Below, one piece after another: positions 22,301 to 32,391 of a DNA stretch of 64,000 nucleotides. Each line of letters starts with the position of its first letter. Positions within the stretch are counted from its first letter, which is position 1. The stretch spans positions 21,048 to 85,047 of the forward strand of contig CANMVY010000002.1 of assembly GCA_947501265.1 (NCBI GenBank), in the 5' to 3' direction. The translations under genes and the position numbers were made by a program. The stretch is from Bacteroidota bacterium (GTDB taxonomy: Bacteria; Bacteroidota; Bacteroidia; UBA7662; CANHCV01). Below the pieces are notes generated by a model, which was not told the origin of the DNA, did not search any database, and worked only from the letters and a program-made list of their open reading frames with translations.

Positions 22301-22932
22301 AAAAATCCATATTTGCCATCTTTCTTAACGAACCGAGATTTGATGTTTTTTTCATTTTGAAAAGAAACGGGGGGAGATTCTCTGAATTGGGTAAAACCTA
22401 GGTCGGCCCAAATTCCCGATTGATCTAAATGGACCTTTTCAAGTCCGTGGTACACCCATTGAATTTGATGGGCTTTTTTTGGATGACTAACGTAGAAATT
22501 ATGCTTGATTTGTTTGTTTTCAATGAAAATTTCCCAATCAATTCCGGGGTAAAAATTTTTGATCCAGAGTTTCTTGAAGATCGAAACACGTGGAACTGCT
22601 TTGGGTGTGAAATAATTGAAATAGTGGGGGAGGGGTGATTCAAATTCGATGGTAGGATTTGGTTCTGTTCCAAGAAACTGTTGCTTAAGGGCAAATCGAG
22701 GTAAGCCACCCGTTACTTTTTTTGATAGATGTTCTTCTTCTGTTTTTCGTTGATCAAACAATGAAAAAACCAATCCATCTTTTTCTACAAAAAGAAATCC
22801 GTTTTCAAGAGAAACCGCCGCAATGACCTGATTCGGAAATTGACCTTTGTTTTGAATAAAGCCTTCATTTTGAGCATTTAAGTGAATAAAAGTCAAGCCA
22901 AAAAGAAAAACAAGTATGGTGGATTTCAACAT
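19303..22932 (-). CDS. Large secreted T9SS cargo protein: beta-propeller (SBBP-like) repeats, Ig/PKD-like domains, type-B C-terminal sorting domain
   Basis: Has a signal peptide (MLKSTILVFLFGLTFIHLNAQ). The N-terminal half contains repeated ..D.A..I..D..GN.Y..G.T.S.(D/N)FP.. units. Two PKD motifs are present (WDFDDGTTSTQLNPQHTF and WDFDDGTLLKNVVNPSHIY). The C-terminus IPNAFSPNNDGINE..IFDRWGQEIF matches the gliding-motility/T9SS type-B CTD. Confidence 0.85.
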   Translation of the reverse strand: MLKSTILVFLFGLTFIHLNAQNEGFIQNKGQFPNQVIAAVSLENGFLFVEKDGLVFSLFDQRKTEEEHLSKKVTGGLPRFALKQQFLGTEPNPTIEFESPLPHYFNYFTPKAVPRVSIFKKLWIKNFYPGIDWEIFIENKQIKHNFYVSHPKKAHQIQWVYHGLEKVHLDQSGIWADLGFTQFRESPPVSFQNEKNIKSRFVKKDGKYGFFIQNLISPSPIVIDPVLQFSTFTGGLSDNWGFTATYDKWGNAYAGGIVRGAFYPVSFGAIDTSYNGSATNHDIVITKFDSSGSQILYSTFLGGIQNDEPMSLITDSLGQLYVLGHSLSADFPVDSNGFDTTHNGNWDIVISKFNDSGTVLLGSTFLGGFEDDAFNNSSSTIWNSGNFVNYNYGDYCRGEINLDQHGNIYLVSNTKSSNFPVVSPAIQDTLRGLQDAVISSFSPDLRRLRFSTYWGGNDYDAAYAIHVSDQNRIYVGGGTMSRNLNPFPGGFQTSFVDTVDGFVFEIDTFGTQILHGTFVGTPNYDQVFLIQTDQLGNVFVAGQTEGSFPISQGKYGNVGGKVFAQRFSSNLSQRTLSTIIGSGNHSGPDFSPTAFLVDVCGRIYLSGWGGNLNNLLGTNPSQGNTLGLPTTPDALKDSTNGNDYYLVVLEKDADSLLYGSFLGGNISGEHVDGGTSRFDPQGIVYHAACAGCGGFSDFPTTPNAYSRTNNSSNCNMAIFKLDFQFVRIQANFTIQSSQNLQACQGVKVQFQCLSGSPDSLYWDFDDGTTSTQLNPQHTFSIPRKYYVKLFVKNCFNTDTIVKEVTIFPPPQIRISGPPKMCQGQSVQLIASGGITYSWNTDSTLSDTSIFNPVARPPLTRKYFVLGTDSNGCKSKDSIQIIVFNTLNPIIETDTSICAGDSIRLWANQDTSLISTWIWESKHVGFLDSNAYPYYSPNSTDTVYFRYTTKDGCTLLDSVIVKIFFSVVANAGPDIIGCLGTTITLTASGGSGFLWSSGQKTPSITVAVNDSIQWYSVVVNQGKCRSKPDSVSVFRSSISAQFDVNIDTGYAPQEVKFFNKSSSNAVVFDWDFDDGTLLKNVVNPSHIYQKEGIYIPKLLVESANPVCKDTFEYRFILIDSVKLVIPNAFSPNNDGINENLIFEGFNLSVIEVHIFDRWGQEIFKGEGEKVSWDGKLNGKVCTVGVYPYLVNAVGKNGKTYRWQGLVTLFR

Positions 22933-22935
22933 AAA

Positions 22936-22966
22936 AAGAAAGCCCTAATTTAGTTAGGGCTTTCTT
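22936..22966 (-). terminator. Intrinsic-terminator-like hairpin downstream of gyrB
   Basis: Perfect 13-bp stem AAGAAAGCCCTAA / TTAGGGCTTTCTT with a 5-nt loop. On the minus strand it is followed by TTT and then directly by the ATG of the next gene. Confidence 0.6.
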
Positions 22967-22983
22967 GATTTTAAAAACTTTTT

Positions 22984-25017
<2,034 letters not shown>

Positions 25018-25077
25018 TTAAATCCCTGAAATTCAATTCATTAATTCAATTATTGAAAAATTGTGGAAAAGGTAAAA

Positions 25078-26199
25078 TCATCGAAAAAGCCGGAGTGCCT
25101 CCAAGGCTGCGAAGGGGCCTAAAGTAACTCCCATTCCATTCATACCGGCAGCAACCACAATTCCATCATCCAATTTCTGAATGATCGGATTTTCATCGGC
25201 TGTGAAACCCATCCAACCGTTCCATGAATAGTCCCATTCGGGTAAAAAACCCAATATATTCTCTTTTGTAACCTGATCTATTGCCGATGAAATGACTTCG
25301 TTTGTACCAACCTCGAGCGTTTCTTCCGATTTTGTATCCAAATTACGGTAACCACCAATAAGCAAACGATTTCCATCTACTTTTCTGAAATAGGTGTAAC
25401 CACGATCCAAGTGAAAAGTACCGTTTGGAAACGGGTAGGAGAGGGGGGAAGAAACCTTTACCAAACCTCTTCCCGGAAGTATAGGTTGAACGGTTGGTTT
25501 TTCAGAGGCAAAAGCGTTGGTTGCAAAAAGAACCTTTTCAGAAAAAAACTCAAAATTTCTCCCTTGGAGAAGTATTCCATCTGATTTTCGCTCAAAATTC
25601 TCAACCTTCAATCCGCCTAAAAATGGAATGTTATATGCCGAGAATTTTTTACGAATTTGACTCAACAAAGATCCTGAATCGAGATTTCCTTCTATTTGAA
25701 TCGAAATGGAAGATTCATGAAAACGTGGAAACGAACACGCTGAAGAAGCAAACTGGTCTGAAACTTTAGAAACTTTTTTAAACAACTGATTAAGCATTGG
25801 AAGTTCTTCCAATGCAGTTTCAGCATCTTCTTTATTTTGAAATACTTCGGCACCGCCTTGCATTTTGGCCTGGATGGCCGAAGCACCGAATGTTTTGAGC
25901 AAAATTTGATGTCCGTGCCATTTTTTTCTAAGCTGCGACTCGAGAAAATCCACTCCAAAGTTTTTTTTCGTTTCAAGCAGTTCCGATGGAGACCCAAAAC
26001 AAATGAACCCTGCATTTTTTGATGTTGCACCTAAACCAAATTGAAATTGATCCACAACCAAAATTCTTTTTCCAGGATTTCTTTTTGCAAAATGAATGGC
26101 GGCCGTTGCTCCGGTAATTCCTGAACCAACAACAATGAGATCAAATTTCTTCTTCCAAATTTTCGATTCCCAGTACGATAAATTATTCCATTCCAGCAT
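25078..26199 (-). CDS. FAD-dependent oxidoreductase (DAO family)
   Basis: Contains the N-terminal dinucleotide fold DLIVVGSGITGATAA. The length and C-terminal ..AAGMNGMGV.. are typical of DAO-family enzymes. Confidence 0.75.
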   Translation of the reverse strand: MLEWNNLSYWESKIWKKKFDLIVVGSGITGATAAIHFAKRNPGKRILVVDQFQFGLGATSKNAGFICFGSPSELLETKKNFGVDFLESQLRKKWHGHQILLKTFGASAIQAKMQGGAEVFQNKEDAETALEELPMLNQLFKKVSKVSDQFASSACSFPRFHESSISIQIEGNLDSGSLLSQIRKKFSAYNIPFLGGLKVENFERKSDGILLQGRNFEFFSEKVLFATNAFASEKPTVQPILPGRGLVKVSSPLSYPFPNGTFHLDRGYTYFRKVDGNRLLIGGYRNLDTKSEETLEVGTNEVISSAIDQVTKENILGFLPEWDYSWNGWMGFTADENPIIQKLDDGIVVAAGMNGMGVTLGPFAALEALRLFR

Positions 26200-26204
26200 A
26201 AGAA

Positions 26205-26212
26205 CAAAGATA
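26205..26212 (-). promoter_or_regulatory. Candidate -7 promoter box TATCTTTG, 5 nt upstream of the ATG (leaderless configuration)
   Basis: The minus strand reads TATCTTTG-ttctt-ATG (ATG at 26199). Confidence 0.45.
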
Positions 26213-26292
26213 AGTCGGGTTCTTCCTTTCTTTACTTAACATAATATAAATTATCGAATAAAATGGGATTGGTAAAAATCGCCCTTAAACCT

Positions 26293-26300
26293 TAATTTTG
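26293..26300 (+). promoter_or_regulatory. Candidate -7 promoter box TAATTTTG, 4 nt upstream of the pyrD ATG (leaderless configuration)
   Basis: The plus strand reads TAATTTTG-ctgt-ATG (ATG at 26305). The pyrD N-terminus MYSILKAYLFSLDPEKAHH is the canonical start. Confidence 0.45.
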
Positions 26301-26304
26301 CTGT

Positions 26305-27333
26305 ATGTATTCTATTCTTAAAGCATATCTATTTTCACTTGATCCGGAAAAAGCTCATCATTTTACCGTCAATCTCCTCAAATTTTTTACCTCAAAATCC
26401 TATCTGAAATTTTTATTGATTCCCTTTCAAACAAAACTTCAAGAAAAAGATTCGTATAACCTAATGGGAATTTCATTTCCAAGTCGACTTGGATTAGCAG
26501 CAGGATTTGATAAAAACGCAGATTTTTATGATGAAATGCTTGAATTAGGATTTGGTTTCGTTGAAATCGGTACAGTTACGCCTTTACCCCAAGATGGGAA
26601 TCCCAAACCTCGGTTATTCCGTTTGGTTGAAGACCAAGCCATCATCAATCGAATGGGTTTCAACAATGTGGGATTGGATCAGGTTGTAAAGAACTTAAAA
26701 TCTAAAAAACCGAATCAAATCATTGGAGGGAACATTGGAAAAAATAAAATTACGCCAAATGAAAAAGCCCTGGATGATTACGTCGTTACTTTCAATGGAA
26801 TCTATGATTTCGTTGATTATTTGGTTGTTAACGTAAGTTCACCCAATACTCCGGGATTACGAGATTTGCAATCGGTTGCTTTTATGGAGAAATTATTGAT
26901 CGTTTTGGACCAAGAGCGACAAAAAAAATCGACGAAGAAACCAATTCTTTTGAAAATAGCTCCAGATTTAAACGAAACGGATTTTCAAGAACTTTGCGTT
27001 TGTGTTAAAAATTCACCCATTGAAGGGATGATCATTTCCAACACCACCATTGGCCGGAAAGGATTAAAAACGAGCAAGGAAATGGTGGAAGACATGGGTG
27101 CAGGAGGACTTTCTGGAGCTCCTCTAACCCACTTAAGCACCCAATTGGTTCGAGATGCTCGAAAGATTCTCGGCACAGAAAAAGTGATTATCGGATCCGG
27201 CGGAATCATGAATGCAAAAGACGCTCAAGAAAAAATCAATGCTGGAGCTGATTTGATTCAAATTTACTCCGGATTTATTTACCAAGGACCTGCTTTGATT
27301 CGTGAAATAACCAAAGCTTTACGATCTCATTAA
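26305..27333 (+). CDS. pyrD: Dihydroorotate dehydrogenase (quinone), class 2
   Basis: Has the canonical N-terminal helix region LFSLDPEKAHH, plus ..GFVEIGTVTP.., ..NVSSPNTPGLR.. and ..GSGGI... Confidence 0.93.
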   Translation: MYSILKAYLFSLDPEKAHHFTVNLLKFFTSKSYLKFLLIPFQTKLQEKDSYNLMGISFPSRLGLAAGFDKNADFYDEMLELGFGFVEIGTVTPLPQDGNPKPRLFRLVEDQAIINRMGFNNVGLDQVVKNLKSKKPNQIIGGNIGKNKITPNEKALDDYVVTFNGIYDFVDYLVVNVSSPNTPGLRDLQSVAFMEKLLIVLDQERQKKSTKKPILLKIAPDLNETDFQELCVCVKNSPIEGMIISNTTIGRKGLKTSKEMVEDMGAGGLSGAPLTHLSTQLVRDARKILGTEKVIIGSGGIMNAKDAQEKINAGADLIQIYSGFIYQGPALIREITKALRSH

Positions 27334-28565
27334 TTCATTTCTTTTACCGAAAACCCTGCACGCTTCAAATCATCCCAATAATGGGGATACGATTTTGAAA
27401 CCACTTCTGGGTTCTCGATTTCTATGCAATAACCTGCAGCTGCCCAAACCGAAAATGCCATGGCCATCCGATGATCTTCATAGGTTGAAATTCGAATGGG
27501 AATAGATTTATCTGGAACATCTCCGTACTGCAATTCATAGAAGCCCGGAGTGGTTTCATTCATTTCTACATTGAACTTTTTCAATTCTTTTTGAAGCGCA
27601 TCTACTCGATTGGTTTCTTTAATAAAAAGCGTTTGAAGGCCAGAAAAACGAGCTTTAATTCGGTGAGCAGCAGCTAAGCAAACAAAAGTTTGAACCTGAT
27701 CAGGTTCATCCTTGAAATCGTGTTTAAAGTAATTGGAAACTTGGTGAAAATTGCAGAGTACGACTTTATCCTTTCCAAATCGGGTTTCAATTCCAAAGTT
27801 TTTGTACAACTCAACTATTTTTTTATCCCCTTGAAAACTCACCAACCGAAGGGTGCTTAACTCCAATTCAGGAAAACTAAGAAAACTGTTTAAGGCGTAC
27901 CAATAACCTGCTGCCGACCAATCGCTTTCGACATTGTGGGGCTTGAACTCGTATTGGCAAGGAGGAATGATAATTTTTTTGCCAGAAAACTGGACTTCAA
28001 CTCCAAAATCCCACAATAAACCAGAAGTCATGGTGATGTAGGGTTGGGAAACAATATCTCCAAAAAGCTCAATGGTTAGTCCGTTTTTCATGTAAGGAGC
28101 CACGAGCATGAGAGCAGAGACATATTGAGAACTCAAGGGGTTTTCCAATTGCACTACTCCCCCATCCAAGGGTTTCCCTTTAATTTTCAAAGGAGGATAT
28201 CCTTCATTTTCGGTGTATTCAATTTCTGCACCCAATTCGCGCAAGCAATCAACCAAACCTTCAATCGGACGTTCGTGCATTCGTTCATCACCTTCAATGA
28301 TCCACTCTCCTGGGGTAATCGCCAATAATGCGGTTAAAAACCTCATGGCTGTTCCTGCTTTCCCAACATGGATGGTTGTAGAATCAAATTTTAAGGCTTT
28401 TTCTAAAATGAAACTATCATCGGATTCGCTGGCATTTTTGAAATCAAGCGATTGTTTCAAAAAGTGCTGAATGATCAACAACCGATTGGTTTCGCTTTTC
28501 GAACCAGGAAGTTGAATTTGAAGGTGAGAGATGGGAATTTGCGGCTTCTGAATTTGATAAATCAT
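27330..28565 (-). CDS. aroA: 3-phosphoshikimate 1-carboxyvinyltransferase (EPSP synthase)
   Basis: Contains the LPGSKSETNRLLI motif. I place the start at ATG 28565 (ATGA overlap with the aroB stop); the track ORF starts at 28631. Confidence 0.9.
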   Translation of the reverse strand: MIYQIQKPQIPISHLQIQLPGSKSETNRLLIIQHFLKQSLDFKNASESDDSFILEKALKFDSTTIHVGKAGTAMRFLTALLAITPGEWIIEGDERMHERPIEGLVDCLRELGAEIEYTENEGYPPLKIKGKPLDGGVVQLENPLSSQYVSALMLVAPYMKNGLTIELFGDIVSQPYITMTSGLLWDFGVEVQFSGKKIIIPPCQYEFKPHNVESDWSAAGYWYALNSFLSFPELELSTLRLVSFQGDKKIVELYKNFGIETRFGKDKVVLCNFHQVSNYFKHDFKDEPDQVQTFVCLAAAHRIKARFSGLQTLFIKETNRVDALQKELKKFNVEMNETTPGFYELQYGDVPDKSIPIRISTYEDHRMAMAFSVWAAAGYCIEIENPEVVSKSYPHYWDDLKRAGFSVKEMN

Positions 28566-29536
28566 GACAACAGTGTTTGAACTGTTTGAAGGGATAATTT
28601 CATTTCTGGGTTTACTTTTCCAACTCCGCAAAATTCAACAAATCCAATCAAATTTCCTTCATTTTTTTTGTCGTTTTTCAGGTAAGGCAGAACTTGAATC
28701 CACGAGATTGGAGTGATTTCTTGAAGTGGGAAGATTTGTTCAATCCATTGATTGAGTTCTGTTTTTTCAGAATTGGACAAGGATCCTAATTTTTCCATGA
28801 TTTCCATTTCTTTTAACATGCCTAAAACGACGCATTTACCATGAGAAAAAGGTTGTTTCATTTCATTTTGAAATGATTCCAATGCATGTCCCAAAGTATG
28901 TCCGAAATTCAGAATTTTTCTCAAATTCAGTTCCATCAAATCCTTTTCTACAATTCCTTTTTTGAATTCAATACTTTTTGATACCAAAAAATCAACGTCT
29001 TGAAACCGATTGAGGGTTATTTCATGGTAAAGTTCGGTTGATCCTATGAGCGCATGTTTCACGACCTCTGCCCAGCCGTACTCCAATTCTTCTTGGGCCA
29101 ACGTTTGAAAAAATTGAGGTTGAACTACTAGAAATTCTGGCTCCTTGATTGCTCCAACAGCATTTTTTGAATTTCCAAAGTCGATTCCACCCTTACCGCC
29201 GATGGCTGCATCGGTTGCTGCGAGGAGGGTGGTTGGGACAAGAATATGAGGAATACCTCTTTTATACGTTGCAGCTAGAAAGGTGGTAAGATCTGTAATA
29301 CTCCCCCCTCCTACTCCAATAAGAAAATCGTGTTTGGTAAAGTGGTTTTCCAAAAGGCTGCTCCACACCTTCTCAACCGTAGATAGGGATTTGGCATTTA
29401 GGGATGAACAAAAAAAAACGTGTTCGCTGTGCAAATCATCCAAACATGGATGGCCCTGGAAAAAATCATCAAGAAGAACAAAAACCCTTTTTTCTTTTGA
29501 AATCCTGATCAATTCCAACCAATCGATGGTTATCAT
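28562..29536 (-). CDS. aroB: 3-dehydroquinate synthase
   Basis: Contains GVGGGSITDLTTFLAATYKRGIPHILVPTTLLAATDAAIGGK and the metal-binding His pair ..GHTLGHALE... Confidence 0.88.
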   Translation of the reverse strand: MITIDWLELIRISKEKRVFVLLDDFFQGHPCLDDLHSEHVFFCSSLNAKSLSTVEKVWSSLLENHFTKHDFLIGVGGGSITDLTTFLAATYKRGIPHILVPTTLLAATDAAIGGKGGIDFGNSKNAVGAIKEPEFLVVQPQFFQTLAQEELEYGWAEVVKHALIGSTELYHEITLNRFQDVDFLVSKSIEFKKGIVEKDLMELNLRKILNFGHTLGHALESFQNEMKQPFSHGKCVVLGMLKEMEIMEKLGSLSNSEKTELNQWIEQIFPLQEITPISWIQVLPYLKNDKKNEGNLIGFVEFCGVGKVNPEMKLSLQTVQTLLS

Positions 29537-30642
29537 GGATTTTGATCTTTGAAGGATTCAAAAATTTCCATTTGAACTTGGATAGAAAGCTGGTGAATAT
29601 TTTGAAGAATTTGTAGCAAGAAATCGCGATCGAGGCCCAATTCATTTCCAGTTTTCAACCGATCGATGACCAAACTTCTCCATCGCTCAAATTGCATGAT
29701 GGTGAGTTGATTTTGGGCTTTAATGGTTCCAATTTCTTGGGAAAGCCGCATTCGATCGGCCAACAAATGAATCAATTGGTGATCTAAATCATCAATTTTC
29801 TGCCTCACTTGCTCCAAATTCTCATTGCTCGAGAGAGACTGTGGGGTGGATCTCAGTTTAATTTGCTTGAGCAATTCAAACAATTGTTGAGGAGTAACTT
29901 GCTGTTCAGCATCGCTGAGAGCCGAAGATGGTTGAAAATGGGTCTCGATCATTAACCCATCAAACTCCAAATCCATGGCCTTTTGTGCAATGTTTTGAAG
30001 AATGTCTATTCTTCCACAAATGTGAGAGGGATCGTTAATCAGCGGAATATTGGGAGCAAGTCGTTTCAGTTCAATGGGAATTTCCCAACGAGGTTCATTT
30101 CTGTAAATCAACCTTTTCCCTGAAGAAAAACCTCGATGAATGGCTGCAAGTTTTGTTATTCCTGCATGATCAATTCGTTCTAGGGCGCCCATCCAAAGTG
30201 CTAAATCGGGATTTACCGGATTTTTAATGAACACGGGGACATTAATTCCTTTTAAACAATCGGCGAGTTGTTGAACTGCGAATGGATTTACGGTAGTTCT
30301 TGCACCAATCCATATCATATCCACACCTGCGGCCAATGCATTTTCTACGTGAGCTGGGGTTGCCACTTCAACCATACAAGGAATATCAACATTTCGGGAG
30401 GCCTGAACCAACCATGGAAGTGCGATTTCACCGAAACCCTCAAATGAATTTGGACGTGTTCTAGGCTTCCAAATGCCTGCTCGAATGGCTGAAATGGAAG
30501 ATTTTTTGAAATCCTTTACGGTTTCCCAAACCTGCTCTTCAGATTCTGCACTGCAAGGACCAGCAATAATAAATTTCTCTTGACCTAACCAATTGTTGTG
30601 CTCCAGGTTAAAGGAGATTCCGCTTCTATTTTCAAACTTCAC
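29533..30642 (-). CDS. Bifunctional 3-deoxy-7-phosphoheptulonate synthase (type I-beta) / chorismate mutase (AroQ)
   Basis: The N-terminal part is a KDOPS-like DAHPS (..IIAGPCSAESEEQ.., ..DPSH..). The C-terminal ~90 aa is an AroQ-type helical chorismate mutase (LEQVRQKIDDLDHQLIHLLADRMRLSQEIG). The start codon is GTG. Confidence 0.85.
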   Translation of the reverse strand: MKFENRSGISFNLEHNNWLGQEKFIIAGPCSAESEEQVWETVKDFKKSSISAIRAGIWKPRTRPNSFEGFGEIALPWLVQASRNVDIPCMVEVATPAHVENALAAGVDMIWIGARTTVNPFAVQQLADCLKGINVPVFIKNPVNPDLALWMGALERIDHAGITKLAAIHRGFSSGKRLIYRNEPRWEIPIELKRLAPNIPLINDPSHICGRIDILQNIAQKAMDLEFDGLMIETHFQPSSALSDAEQQVTPQQLFELLKQIKLRSTPQSLSSNENLEQVRQKIDDLDHQLIHLLADRMRLSQEIGTIKAQNQLTIMQFERWRSLVIDRLKTGNELGLDRDFLLQILQNIHQLSIQVQMEIFESFKDQNP

Positions 30643-31006
30643 TGATCACAATTTGATTTTCCTTTTTGAATAAGCGAAAATGAGAAGAAAAGTTTTTCTT
30701 CATTCTTTTTTTTGCTTTTCTGTAATTCTTTTTCATTCTTCGAGCAGTTTTTTTGTCCTGTCGATTGGTAGCTTCAAAAAAATTAGGAATCAATGCATTC
30801 ACTTTAACAATTCCAAGGCGTTGCAAAAATGGTTTCTTGGGTGCTTTGGCAAATTCACTTTCTCCGACCTGAGCTTTATCTCCATTATTCATCTTCTTGT
30901 TATAAGCCTTCATTTCCTTTTTCATGCTGCGTGTTGCATGATCTTGAGACCAACCTAAAAAAAAGAAAAAGCAGAAGAATACCGAGAAAATTACCGATTT
31001 TTGCAT
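30632..31006 (-). CDS. Small secreted lysine-rich protein, function unknown
   Basis: Has a signal peptide (MQKSVIFSVFFCFFFFLGWSQ) followed by a very basic K/R-rich sequence. I place the start at ATG 31006; the track begins at TTG 31012. Its 3' end overlaps the DAHPS GTG start by 11 nt. Confidence 0.5.
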   Translation of the reverse strand: MQKSVIFSVFFCFFFFLGWSQDHATRSMKKEMKAYNKKMNNGDKAQVGESEFAKAPKKPFLQRLGIVKVNALIPNFFEATNRQDKKTARRMKKNYRKAKKRMKKNFSSHFRLFKKENQIVISEV

Positions 31007-31047
31007 CTGCAATTTTAAGAAGAAATTTCGGAATCGAAAGCAAAGGC

Positions 31048-32391
31048 ATGCAAGAACTTTTTAACCTCTCCCCCATTGATGGCCGTTATCGAGGAAAAAC
31101 CAAACATTTATCGGCTTTTTTCAGTGAATTTGGCCTCATTAAATATCGAGTAATTATTGAGATCGAATACCTCATAGCATTGAATAACATGCCATTAGGA
31201 TGGAAATACAACTTCAACGATAGCGACATTTCCACACTGCGCGCTTTGGTTGCAAATTTTTCTGAACAACAAGCCGCGCGCATCAAAGAAATTGAAGCAA
31301 CAACCAATCACGATGTAAAAGCGGTGGAATATTTCCTGAAGGAAGTTTTGGAAAAGGAAATTCCAGAATTTAATCTCGAATTTATCCATTTTGGATTAAC
31401 CAGCCAAGACATCAACAATACGGCTATTCCACTTTCATTGAAAGATTATTCGCAACAACATTTTCTACCCCAACTGAAAAATTTGGTTGATATCATTCAA
31501 CAACATGCCAACGACTATCGATCGATTTCCATGTTGGCCAAAACCCATGGTCAGCCAGCTAGTCCGGTAACTCTAGGAAAAGAATTTGAGGTGTTTGTTG
31601 AACGCCTACAACGTCAAATTGAAACACTCGAATTGGTTCCAATCGCTGCCAAATTTGGTGGTGCCACGGGAGGATTCAATGCGCACAAAGTCGCTTATCC
31701 CAAGATTCATTGGCCCAGTTTTGGAAACGAATTCGTTGAAAAACAGTTGGGTTTAACTCGATATCAAAAAACAACCCAAATTGAGCACTACGATTATTTA
31801 GCTGCTTATTTCGATAATGCAAAACGCATCAATACCATCCTTATTGATTTTTGTCGTGATGTATGGCAATACATTTCCATGGAATATTTCAAGCAACGGG
31901 TTATTGCCAACGAGGTTGGATCCAGTGCCATGCCACATAAAGTCAATCCTATCGATTTTGAGAATGCGGAAGGAAATTTGGGAGTAGCAAATGCTCTGCT
32001 GGAATTTTTGGCAGCCAAGCTACCCATCTCTCGTTTGCAGCGCGATTTAACCGATTCAACCGTGTTGAGAAACCTAGGAGTTCCTTTTGCTCACATCGAA
32101 ATCGCATTGGCAAGTATCACCAAAGGAATGAGCAAACTATTGGTCAATCCAACGGCGATTCAGCACGATTTGGATGAAAATTGGGCCATTGTTGCTGAAG
32201 GAATTCAAACCATCCTTCGTCGCGAAAATTATCCCAAACCGTATGAAGCCCTGAAGGCCCTAACCCGAGGCGGAGGAAAAATTACCCAAAAAACCATTCT
32301 CGATTTCATCGAAGAACTTCACGTTTCTGATGATATTAAAGATGAACTAAAAAACATCACTCCAGCTTCTTACGTTGGTTATTCATGCTAA
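31048..32391 (+). CDS. purB: Adenylosuccinate lyase
   Basis: I place the start at ATG 31048 (MQELFNLSPIDGRYRGK), which is the canonical PurB N-terminus. The fumarate-lyase signature SSAMPHKVNPIDFEN is present. The track ORF's upstream extension from 30829 overlaps the opposite-strand gene. Confidence 0.93.
   Translation: MQELFNLSPIDGRYRGKTKHLSAFFSEFGLIKYRVIIEIEYLIALNNMPLGWKYNFNDSDISTLRALVANFSEQQAARIKEIEATTNHDVKAVEYFLKEVLEKEIPEFNLEFIHFGLTSQDINNTAIPLSLKDYSQQHFLPQLKNLVDIIQQHANDYRSISMLAKTHGQPASPVTLGKEFEVFVERLQRQIETLELVPIAAKFGGATGGFNAHKVAYPKIHWPSFGNEFVEKQLGLTRYQKTTQIEHYDYLAAYFDNAKRINTILIDFCRDVWQYISMEYFKQRVIANEVGSSAMPHKVNPIDFENAEGNLGVANALLEFLAAKLPISRLQRDLTDSTVLRNLGVPFAHIEIALASITKGMSKLLVNPTAIQHDLDENWAIVAEGIQTILRRENYPKPYEALKALTRGGGKITQKTILDFIEELHVSDDIKDELKNITPASYVGYSC

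Noticed and set aside
25030-25051. 9-nt direct repeat AATTCAATT occurring twice, 13 nt apart, upstream of gyrB
   Set aside because: It is short and AT-rich in an AT-rich gap, so it could easily arise by chance. It has no palindromic character and matches no operator I know.
30829-31047. 73-codon N-terminal extension of purB in the ORF track
   Set aside because: The extension overlaps the opposite-strand lysine-rich gene and looks non-protein-like. The canonical PurB N-terminus begins at ATG 31048.
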